This document shows, piece by piece, positions 47,160 to 57,030 of a DNA stretch of 64,000 bases. Both the position numbers and the translations under genes were made by a program. The notes under the pieces are model-generated. The model ran no database searches. It was not told the DNA's origin and was given only the letters and a program-made list of their open reading frames with translations. This stretch comes from Macrostomum lignano (taxonomy: Eukaryota). Positions within the stretch are counted from its first letter, which is position 1. Each line of letters begins with the position of its first letter. The stretch is from contig NIVC01000890.1 in assembly GCA_002269645.1 (NCBI GenBank), forward strand, positions 310,001 to 374,000. The letters run 5' to 3'.

Positions 47160-49110
47160 CTGTCAACTGATTCTAAATTTGCTTTTTAAGAGTATAGATG
47201 TACGAGGACATAGCCATGTGCGTCAATCAGCACTGCCTTGCCCAGCCTCCAAGTTTCGTTAGAATGTCGTCGATCACATACGTCTGCGTCATGCCTGACT
47301 TCGGTAGTAACTGGGTCTTCGATCATCCGAGCGGAGCTTCTGGGTCATCAGCAAATAATAACATCTGTAGTATAGCAGAGCCCCTCAATTGGCATTATCT
47401 GATATAGCTGGTATGCGTAGAAAGGACTAAGTAGTATTAATAAGAAGTTTTCTGTAAGTTATTATTTGTGTATCAGAAAAAATAATATTGTAACAGGAGA
47501 ACCATTCGGTGTACGTAAAGATTGTAGACAGTGTAATTTAAAAAAATTCAAATTTGACAGAAATTTTCGTAGCGAAGCAAAAATAGGACATGTACGAATC
47601 TTTTCTGGGTAAAGTAGAAAAAATTGATGGATTTTTACCAGCGCAAACCTTTGAGTAATAAAAATGTGTGTAAAAAGTTTTTTTTACATTAATAAGTACA
47701 CGTGCACTGAACGTAAGTTACGCTTTGAGCACCGATTTAAAAAACTCTGCCTTGGAGCGCCCTTTACACTGATGTAATTATCATTGAGCACGAATCACAA
47801 CTTCTGTAAAGCAAACTGTTTGTTTGCTGGAAATAATATCTTTAGAACTACACCAGGTCAACTACATCACGCAGTTACCATGAATTAAGCAAAAACGCTC
47901 GTACAACACGATAAAGCAAAACAAATCTACACAGCAACAAAAAACTCAAGCAAAGTACGAGCGTATGTTGATAAAAGGGAGAATCACAAGTAAATAATTA
48001 CCACAATAGCAACTTCAGCAATAGAAGGTCGAAAGAAAAAGAAGATACACAGATAAATCGCAGATACCAGAAACACTCAGCCTCAGCATTTCCAAATTGT
48101 GTCATGGATGTTTTCTGAATAATTCTGTGATCAAATGATGTCCATGGAAATGATATTTTTGGATTGATCCCAATCTTACCCATATTTATTTCAAATTTAA
48201 TACTTTAATGGACCAACAAATGTTTGTTTTGAAGATGTCTTCATAAATCCGTAAGACAGGAAAAGTTAATTATGAATTCACTGATTATTTGTAAGACCGT
48301 AGTTGCTTCCGGCTTTAACCTTGACGATTTCTAATATGATTACTAACTTAATGCGTAAATTTATCATGCTAATCGTCGATTCTGTTCATCACTTTGTATC
48401 CTGGTCTGTATCCTGGTTGGCTAAGATAACGGATGTAAGAAAATCAGATAGCCATGCGAGATACTCAGGAATTTGAGTATGTTAGTCACCTATCCAGTGT
48501 TTCAAGTACAGTATCTGCGCTACAGATAGAAGCTCTCAAGGTTGGTGTTTGGAATTTAGAAAAAATGTTAAAAATCAAACAGGATCCAGCCTAACTCATC
48601 ACGGATGTGCACATTTTTAGCGCGAATTCTTCAAAATAACAAAATTTGAAAAAAAATGAAAATAAATAGATACGATTTCATGAGCCACTGTCGAATAAAT
48701 AATCAAATATGAGCTTTCAATAACAACTTAACCAGTCATTGATTTTTAGTAAAAATAAAAAACAAATCAGTTTGAAGACAGTGACGGCAAGGAATTCCAG
48801 CACAAAAAACACGGAAGAAGAAAACAGCTGATAAAAACTATCACAAGCTGATTATGGAAGCTGCTATAGTTTCACAACCAAATACAGGCATGAAAACAAA
48901 AAAAAATTAAGCAGATTTCAAAACCTGAATAAAATAATCCGATTCCCAGAACCATCAGAGTTTACGATTTGTACAAATAGTGATCTGATGATGAAAATTG
49001 GTTTAGCAACAGACGGACAGGGCCCAGCAGTTGCCCAAATTAATTTAGTCTGGATCAATAACACAGTTTCCGGTCTTGAATGAACAAGCTCTGTGTTTTC
49101 TGTTTGTAAA

Positions 49111-50845
49111 TTAGTCATCTCCATTTGCTAAAGTCAAGTGACATGTAGCACTGGACTCGGCACTCATATTTGCATTCAGCAACTCCGCTTTAAAACTTGC
49201 CCACAGACAGCGGAAATTGATGTGCAGGTAAGCTGCTCCTTTTACGGGTCGCTTCGTGCGAATTTGCAGTCTGGATAATTCGGGAAGGAATTCCATTTCC
49301 GGCTGGCCGTAATCGACAAAGCAGAATCTCCAAAGCCAGTCCTGCTTTATTTCCTTCATCTTTGCCACTTCCTCTGGGTTCAAACTCGTCAGAACTTCAT
49401 GGTTTTGTTCAGCACATAGGAGACTTCGAGCCTCGTCAATATTGTCAGACTTCAGGAAGCACATGACTTTGATGCAGAGTTTCGCAGATTTGCAGCTATC
49501 TGGAAGAGTCTCAACCAATCGGAGGACTTCTTCTTTTTCCCATTCATCAGAGTGGAGTTCTCGAATGCAGAAGAATACTAAGCTGTAGATCCGAGCGAAA
49601 ATGTCAAGACCCTCGAATTCTTCAGGCGGCACTGTCAGCGGCAGCAGTGTGAAAGGATGGAAATAGAATTTAGTAGACTCGAGAGGCTTCAAGAGCTTAG
49701 AGAGCTCAGTTTCCAAGACACCAGGATCATTAAACACATCCCAAAGTCGCTGAAGTACAGCTTGATTAGTTGCATCAAATGCACCTCCGGTAATTCCTGC
49801 GTTCTTGTAGTGCAAATACGAATCAGGCATGAAGAAGTGCTTCATAAAGGCTTCATCCGGGAGCTGTTCTCTATTCGTGATAACCGAAAGCAAAGCTTCT
49901 CTCAGCAGGCCCACCAAATTTTCCGGCTCCCAGTCCTGAGGTCGTTTTAATTTTCGCTCCAGCATGAAGAACAGGACGCTTCTCGCGTGATATGTCTTTA
50001 AACCAGTGGTTTTCCAAGTCTTTGGGAGCAGGCGCTTGAAGATGAACTTGATGAGCACAAAAAGCTGGCCTTGCACTGTGGTCAGCCTCCTCATTATCTC
50101 CTTCTCTCTGAAGCTGAAGCTGAGCCGCATTTCGTTGCTGCTAGTCAGTCCTGTGGCTGTCACCAGGTGAACTGGCTCATCACGGGCATTCGGCAACAGC
50201 ACGCGAACTCTGTCTTGTCCGTAGCCACTGCAGCAGGCGTAGGCGTGGCAGATGTCCTGGGCTGGACGGAGCCCGCACGAGCTCGAAGCGCTGGCTGGCT
50301 GGCTGCCTGAAGTAAGAAAGATTTTGATTGCCGGATTATCCTAATTGATGATTTAGAGTGAACTGTGCTCTAACATCTATTCAGGAAAAAACTACTAAAA
50401 ATAAAATTCAAACCGTACCAGCAGGTCTCTTGGTTTCGGCATGACCGTCCCTGACTATTGACCGTTCCAGTTCCTCAGGTGTATCGTCGCATTTGCAGTG
50501 TCCCATTAGATGAAACGTCAGCTTCTTAAGATTCCTGGCCCTGTCCTCTTCCTCATCTCCCTCTTCCTTATCTTCCTCTTCCTCATCTTCCTCTTCCTCA
50601 TTCCAGTCCTTAATAGAAGGCCGAATTATGACTGTCCAATCAATGTCCGAGTCGGAAGCTGTTCGGCCGTTCACCTGCACTAGGCTGTTGCCCACTCCAT
50701 CAGAGTAGCTTCCCGTTAAATGCCAATCTTCCTTCGTGAGATCGCGGGCCAGTTTCTGGAGACAGTCTGCCATCTGCTGTAGTACCTTTGCTCTCTGCTC
50801 GGTGAATCCAGCGTCACATAGACTCTTGTGAAGCCTCAGACTCAT
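49111..50845 (-). CDS. cGAS-like receptor paralog 2; exons 50845-50419 and 50306-49111; frameshifted tail probably extends to 48872
   Basis: TGSYSDG...DSDIDW, QDICHAY, RLSFSFREK, LKTYHAR and MKHFFMP. Phase-1 GT-AG intron at the same position as in paralog 1. Confidence 0.85.
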
Positions 50846-50990
50846 TTGCTTATACTTTCTATCTGAGTCTACCTGGGTCCTCCTACAATTTTTTATTACG
50901 AGGCGGGAGAATTAGTTATTTACATGCACTTTCCGACTTTCATTTCCCAAGTTTTCATCTGTTCTCCATGGCCGGAAATCCGTGGACACA

Positions 50991-51042
50991 ACCAGTCTCG
51001 TTGGTAGAAGTCCTCAGGTGTGCTTCTACCAAGGTGACTGGT
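50991..51042. other. 20-bp stem / 12-nt loop hairpin between the ankyrin gene and cGLR2
   Basis: ACCAGTCTCGTTGGTAGAAG (50991-51010) pairs with CTTCTACCAAGGTGACTGGT (51023-51042) at 18/20 positions. Confidence 0.6.
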
Positions 51043-51400
51043 GGCGGCCACCCCTATTGACATGTATTCCCTAGAACCTTGGGTCCTCCAGCATTAGTTT
51101 AGTTGTCCTTGTCAACATAAGATGAACATCTCCAGAGGGCGATCGGCCTGACGTGCAGTTTCAGCGCCAGAGCTCGGTTGTCAGCGTCTGCACCGACGCA
51201 CGGTGGGGTGACGTCATTAACTTCACAGACTTCAATTCCAAATCTGTTTCTTCCCAGCCAGCCTTTTCATCCGATAATTTCTAGTCTTTTTTACGTTAGA
51301 TTAAAAATCGATAATTTATATAAAGCTATTTTTTTCAAATTGATTTCAGTAAAAATGGAAGGTAAAATACTGTTTTAATGTATTTTTTATGCTAAAGTAC

Positions 51401-54400
51401 TTACTCGTCATGGTGCAAAAGAAGCTTGAGGACGTCAGATTGGTGATGCAATGTAGCCAACTGTATGCACGTGGCATCATCATTATCTTTATGCATAATT
51501 CTAGCCCCATTGTCAATCAGCGTCTTGACCGTTTTGATGTGGCCCCAGATGCTCGCCCAGGAAAGCGCAGTCCGACCTTGGCTGTCCTTTTCATCTACAG
51601 GCGCTTGCTGCGCTAGGATTTGTTCTGCTAGCTCGTGATGTCCGCAGTGTGCGGCAGCGATTAATAAAGTCGTTTCGAGCTCAAATGGCTGTTCGCTGTC
51701 CTTCGTTCGGTAATGAATGTCCGCGTATTCAAGAATGGCGCTTGCGAGGGCAACATGACCCTCTGACATGCTCTTGAACAGCACAGCAGCAATCATATCG
51801 TGGCATTCTCTGCTGAACTGAATGTCGATGCCAAAATTCTCTTGAGCACAACGTTTCAGCTCACCGAAAATAAGTTTAATCAGTTCGAAATCTCCAAGCA
51901 GAGCCTCGTTGGCCAGAAAGTGCAAAATATCGGGATGAGTGAAGTCAGGTCGGAACTTAGATCGAACGATGTATAAAATCATGGAGAAGTTCCGCGTTCT
52001 TAACGCTCCAATAAACGCTCGGAAGTGACAGTGCTTAATAACTTTCTTTGTAGAAGCTAGTCTAATGAGACTTATTAGCAGTGCTACAGTCTCGCCTTTT
52101 CCTATAATGTTTGAAATTTTTGAGCAGAAATGGTCTCTCTTTCGTGTAAGTTCTTTGCTAACAAATCTTAGGATACCACACGCAATTCTAGCCTTGTTCC
52201 TTTCAATAGCCTCAGGCAAAAGCTGAAGACATTTCTGATCTCGGTCGTCAGCATCAGTCACTTCTGTCAAAAGTAGCAAAACTAGCTTCCAATTGCGATC
52301 CTCCATATTTTCAATCAAGGCTGCAGGCCAAAGCTGGTCGCAAAGCGAGTTTCTTGTCGGGTGACAGATACACATTGAAGACGCTTGAAAGCCCCCAGGC
52401 TCGATATCAGCCGATCCTAAACGTTGATAATTCCAGCGAGGACAAATACGATTTGTCAACTCATTAATCAGTTGTTTCAGTTTAGAAGAATTTGATGCTG
52501 AATATCTCTCAATGCGCAACTGATCTTTAAAGATCGGACACACTTTTATGTTTTCAACTTGTGCAGAATCTACTAATTTTAATGCAAGTTCGCTTTTATG
52601 ATGCTGGAAAGCCGTATTCACAGCAGTGACAAATCCTTGACACTTACTAGTAGGAGTATCTATCAATCTTAGAATTTTGATAATGTACTCCCAATCATTT
52701 TCTGACTCAATATGCACTACACTCAGCTTTATCATTTCTAGATATTCTTTGACATCATTTTGATTATTCTTATTGAACATTTTTAGATAGGCATCTGTAG
52801 CAACCTTTGCATAGGAATTGTTGTGCCGGACAATCTCCAAAACATCCTGCCAGTCATACTTGGAAGCTGCCGATTCGATTAGCTTGGGAATGCATCTATC
52901 CTTGCTTCCGCAATGGCAAGTAGTGCTGGTGCACTTCTCCTGATGTCGATTAAATGACTGAATTCCTGCCTCAGCAAACCCATAACTGAGTCTGCTGTGG
53001 CCACAGGGGCTACGTACTCTACCGACACTGTGAATGGGTTCAGACTCAGGCCGCAGATATTGCAAAAGTAGGTGGTTTTTCAGGTCACCCCTACTTTTGG
53101 TGCAGGAAGATACCCGCCGTAAAAAGTCATTAATATGACGAGATTTGTCTAAAATTTTTATTATATTAAACGGGCCCATGCGTTCCTTAACCACACGGTC
53201 TAATGACCTGTCAAGGTGTAAAACCTCTTCAGTTAAAATTAGCACAATCTCGTCAGTTAGGGCGATGTTCTGTTTCTCTTGAGCGAAATAATGAATCAGT
53301 GTGACACTTATCGCCCATTCGATCTTGTCTATAGTTTTCAGTTTCTCAAGGAGTTCAGAAATGTTTTTATTTTCATTCAGTGTTTGCACTTTTTGGAGCG
53401 GATCAAAGTTGTCTGTTGTGCCGAGAATCGAGAGAATTTGACAAACCACAGACCAATTTGAATGTCGAATAGCTTCTGTCAAAATAAAATTGAGCCAGTC
53501 GTTCTTGGTAGCAACAGGCAGTTTTTGACGCTCAACGAACCGAAATATGATTTCCAAGATTTGACAAATCACAGACCAATTCGAATTGCGAATCGCTCCG
53601 TTCAAAACAATCTTGAGCCAGCCATTCTTGATTGTAAAAGGCAATTCATGATGCTCAGTATTGTAATGAAATATTATGTCTAAGGTTTGGCAAACCTCAG
53701 ACCAGCTTAACTTTCGAATGGCTTCTTTCAAAAAAATCTTGAGCAAATCATACCCTTTAGCGGCAGGTAGGTCACGATGCTTAATAGCGCAGCAAATGAG
53801 TTGCAAGATCCAGCTCCAATGGTTTTCACTTTTTGATTTGCGATCGCTTTTAGCATTTCTCATGCCAGAATCCAACGTGAAGGCAAACATGATGGCCCTT
53901 GTATAGCATCGGAGAACTATGTTGCTTTCTTGATACTTTACCTTGTCCAACAACTGAGCAACGAATTTCTTCGAATCCTCAGCACTTTTTGCACTTGTTA
54001 GAGCAGTTTGAAAGCATTCTTCAATGTTATCGCTAGAATCTACAATATCCATAAGCTCTAGGATCAGTTCTGGTCTTCTATATGCAGCGGCTTTTTTCAT
54101 GGCTTCAAAATAGCAGCTATCCTTGATTCCTGCTTCTGTTTTTGCCACTAAAAACTTCTTGATATAATCCCACTCACTGTCAGTCGGTGATTGATCTAGT
54201 AGCCGTCTAATTGCAATTTTGCGACATTCGTCTTGGGCAGAAAATGCTTCAGCTTTTGCAATTGTTGTTTCAACAATTTCCCACTCTCTTTTCGACGAGG
54301 CAGCCTTGACAATTTTAATGCAGCAAAAATCTTTGACCCCAAAGTCGGCTGAATCCAGCAGCCTCCTCACGGTGTCACTCAGATTATAAAGTTGCGAGCT

Positions 54401-54514
54401 TGTAGACACGTCTAGCAGCATTAAAAATTCAATCCATTTTGACTCCGAGAACACTCTGCCATACCATTCATTCAGATCGGCATCTGAAGGTGCCCGTGCA
54501 CCTCCAGTAGCCAT
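51401..54514 (-). CDS. Large ankyrin-like solenoid protein, paralog 2 (1037 aa, intact single ORF)
   Basis: C-terminal ankyrins (LLIAAAHCGHHELAEQIL, GRTALSWASIWGH). Clear paralogy to 33960-37776 (SKFRPDFTHPDILHFLANEAL vs SKFKPDFTDPDILHYLANEAL). Confidence 0.85.
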   Translation of the reverse strand: MATGGARAPSDADLNEWYGRVFSESKWIEFLMLLDVSTSSQLYNLSDTVRRLLDSADFGVKDFCCIKIVKAASSKREWEIVETTIAKAEAFSAQDECRKIAIRRLLDQSPTDSEWDYIKKFLVAKTEAGIKDSCYFEAMKKAAAYRRPELILELMDIVDSSDNIEECFQTALTSAKSAEDSKKFVAQLLDKVKYQESNIVLRCYTRAIMFAFTLDSGMRNAKSDRKSKSENHWSWILQLICCAIKHRDLPAAKGYDLLKIFLKEAIRKLSWSEVCQTLDIIFHYNTEHHELPFTIKNGWLKIVLNGAIRNSNWSVICQILEIIFRFVERQKLPVATKNDWLNFILTEAIRHSNWSVVCQILSILGTTDNFDPLQKVQTLNENKNISELLEKLKTIDKIEWAISVTLIHYFAQEKQNIALTDEIVLILTEEVLHLDRSLDRVVKERMGPFNIIKILDKSRHINDFLRRVSSCTKSRGDLKNHLLLQYLRPESEPIHSVGRVRSPCGHSRLSYGFAEAGIQSFNRHQEKCTSTTCHCGSKDRCIPKLIESAASKYDWQDVLEIVRHNNSYAKVATDAYLKMFNKNNQNDVKEYLEMIKLSVVHIESENDWEYIIKILRLIDTPTSKCQGFVTAVNTAFQHHKSELALKLVDSAQVENIKVCPIFKDQLRIERYSASNSSKLKQLINELTNRICPRWNYQRLGSADIEPGGFQASSMCICHPTRNSLCDQLWPAALIENMEDRNWKLVLLLLTEVTDADDRDQKCLQLLPEAIERNKARIACGILRFVSKELTRKRDHFCSKISNIIGKGETVALLISLIRLASTKKVIKHCHFRAFIGALRTRNFSMILYIVRSKFRPDFTHPDILHFLANEALLGDFELIKLIFGELKRCAQENFGIDIQFSRECHDMIAAVLFKSMSEGHVALASAILEYADIHYRTKDSEQPFELETTLLIAAAHCGHHELAEQILAQQAPVDEKDSQGRTALSWASIWGHIKTVKTLIDNGARIMHKDNDDATCIQLATLHHQSDVLKLLLHHDE

Positions 54515-54627
54515 CAGCTACCTCTAGCTTTAAAGTTTTAGAAGACTTTAGTAAATTTCCTGGTAGACTCTCATGAAGTTAAGGGTTTGAAGGATATGAA
54601 ATATTTGACAGCAAAAGTTTTTTAATG

Positions 54628-55194
54628 TGGACAAGTCGTGGTACCTGCGGTTTCGGCTACTGGTTTTCTTATTTGCTACTAAGGATTTTACTAGTGGATT
54701 ACTGTCTGCTGTACTGATTTGAGATTTGGTAGAATCGCTGCCACCAGGTTTCCTGCTTTCCCTAATTCTAGTACTTTAGATTAAAGAAGTGAGTCAGGAC
54801 ACCAAAGATTATGGTTAACAGTTGGAAATATTTAATAATAAGAGAATGCGTACAAAAGGTTATTTGTTTTACATTAATTCCCTAGTTTTATTCCCGTTGT
54901 GCGTTGGGCAAGACTCCCAATATTTAGAGGCAAGACTCCTCTGTGCAAGCCTATCTCTTATATTTCCCTTTCCTTACCACTTCTTCGTGAACTCTCTTAA
55001 GTTAAATAGGAGAAGACACTCCAACGAAGGCTTTCTTTCCCGAGAGCCCAACTGCTCTGTAGTTCTAAAGGAACCCCAATTTTATCCACTTACCCCCGCT
55101 CTAATTATTTCCCCGGGTTGAAACTACTGATAGTAGGGTAAAAGCATATTTAAACCTGCATTAATTCCCGTTCCTAAAATAATGCCCTACTACA
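54628..55194 (-). repeat. 3' LTR (567 bp)
   Basis: TG...CA ends. By eye, it matches 63001-63553 apart from an extra 14 bp (ACTCCAACGAAGGC). Confidence 0.95.
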
Positions 55195-55204
55195 CCTCCC
55201 CTTC
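55195..55204 (-). other. Polypurine tract GAAGGGGAGG
   Basis: Abuts the 3' LTR on the minus strand. Confidence 0.85.
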
Positions 55205-55393
55205 GCTACAAAAATGTGCAAAACCCCCTTTTGTACATTGATGATTATATTTATTAACAAAATTTGAGTTACGTAATAAGTATTAATTCGCTTATCAGCG
55301 ATGTACTGAATATAGGGATTAAGTAAGCAACTATTATGAATATGAAAATGTAATGCGTAAATCATACGCATTACATGAAACATAAATTCCTAG

Positions 55394-56000
<607 letters not shown>

Positions 56001-56299
56001 TGCATATTGCTATATTGCTAAAACAAAACAAAAAAAATTTTTAGCACACTACAACAACAAGATATAAGCATAAGTGGTGTGTGTCTTATTAGCATCGGAT
56101 TGAGTAATGTTGGCACTATTAAGAATAACATGTAGACATATCAAAATTAGAAAACTGTACGCAACGTAAAATGTGGACAGGTCCTTGTGTAAAAAGGAAG
56201 TGCTATGATTAAAGCAAGGCAGCGATTTAATGCAATTTGTCCCAAAAAATGGTAAAAAAAATAGCCACTATATAGTAAAATGCAGTTCGATTACTCTAG

Positions 56300-57028
56300 T
56301 TAGATGTCGTGTACAGGCCGAAGATTATTAGTGTTTTGCGCCGATGCATACAATAAGCCATTGACCGGGATCATTTGGCGTTCCGGGTCGAATTTTCCCG
56401 CCAAGAACTCTAGTTGCTCCTTGGTGACGCTCATACTGAAGGGGCCGCGTGCGTTACTTTCCGCATACTGGAGGCAATAGGTACAGGCTATTTCGTAGCA
56501 CTTAATTGCCTCCTCCTTGGTCGCTGTCGTTAAGAAACGCGCGCAGGCTTCGGGTAATTCGGTTTCGAACATACCGGTCTTACCCGTCCTTAGTATGTAC
56601 TTCTTGAGGGCCCGGCGGCAGCGTCTAAACTTCCTCTTTTGCTCCTCTGGGTCTACTTGCGGCTCGGCTGGCTCCTCTGCTGGTTGCTGTCGCTCTTCTT
56701 CTTCCTCTAATCCGTCTTCCTGCTGGCTTCCTTCCTCATACTGTCGCACCTCTTCCATGAATCTGGTCATCTCCTCTCGGAACGCTTCTTCCTCTCTTTC
56801 CGTCTCCCTTTCCAACTCTTCCAAGTCTATGTCCACGACCAGTTTTCCTTCGGGCTCACCGCTCTCTTCCGGTTGCTCTAATTTCCGCTTTTTACCGCTT
56901 GTCGCGACACTATCGCTTACTTCTTGAACAGCCCTAATTCTTGGGGGTTCATTTTCTGAAGCTGCCTGTCTTCCTTGTTGGCCATAGATTCGCTTTTTTG
57001 GATAGACGCGGATTGGGGCGTCGGCCAT
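56300..57028 (-). CDS. Gypsy ORF3, 242 aa, unknown function (acidic, NLS-like, not env-like)
   Basis: ATG 2 nt after the pol stop (TAA CT ATG), intact ORF, no signal peptide or TM segment. Confidence 0.7.
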   Translation of the reverse strand: MADAPIRVYPKKRIYGQQGRQAASENEPPRIRAVQEVSDSVATSGKKRKLEQPEESGEPEGKLVVDIDLEELERETEREEEAFREEMTRFMEEVRQYEEGSQQEDGLEEEEERQQPAEEPAEPQVDPEEQKRKFRRCRRALKKYILRTGKTGMFETELPEACARFLTTATKEEAIKCYEIACTYCLQYAESNARGPFSMSVTKEQLEFLAGKFDPERQMIPVNGLLYASAQNTNNLRPVHDI

Positions 57029-57030
57029 AG

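Noticed and set aside
47998-48183. Hydrophobic 61-aa ORF as a possible extra cGLR2 exon
   Set aside because: A better-aligned TM remnant lies at 48872-48965, and there is no splice support.
54822-55121. 99-101 aa ORFs at 54822 and 63195
   Set aside because: Antisense reading of the two LTRs with no coding signature.
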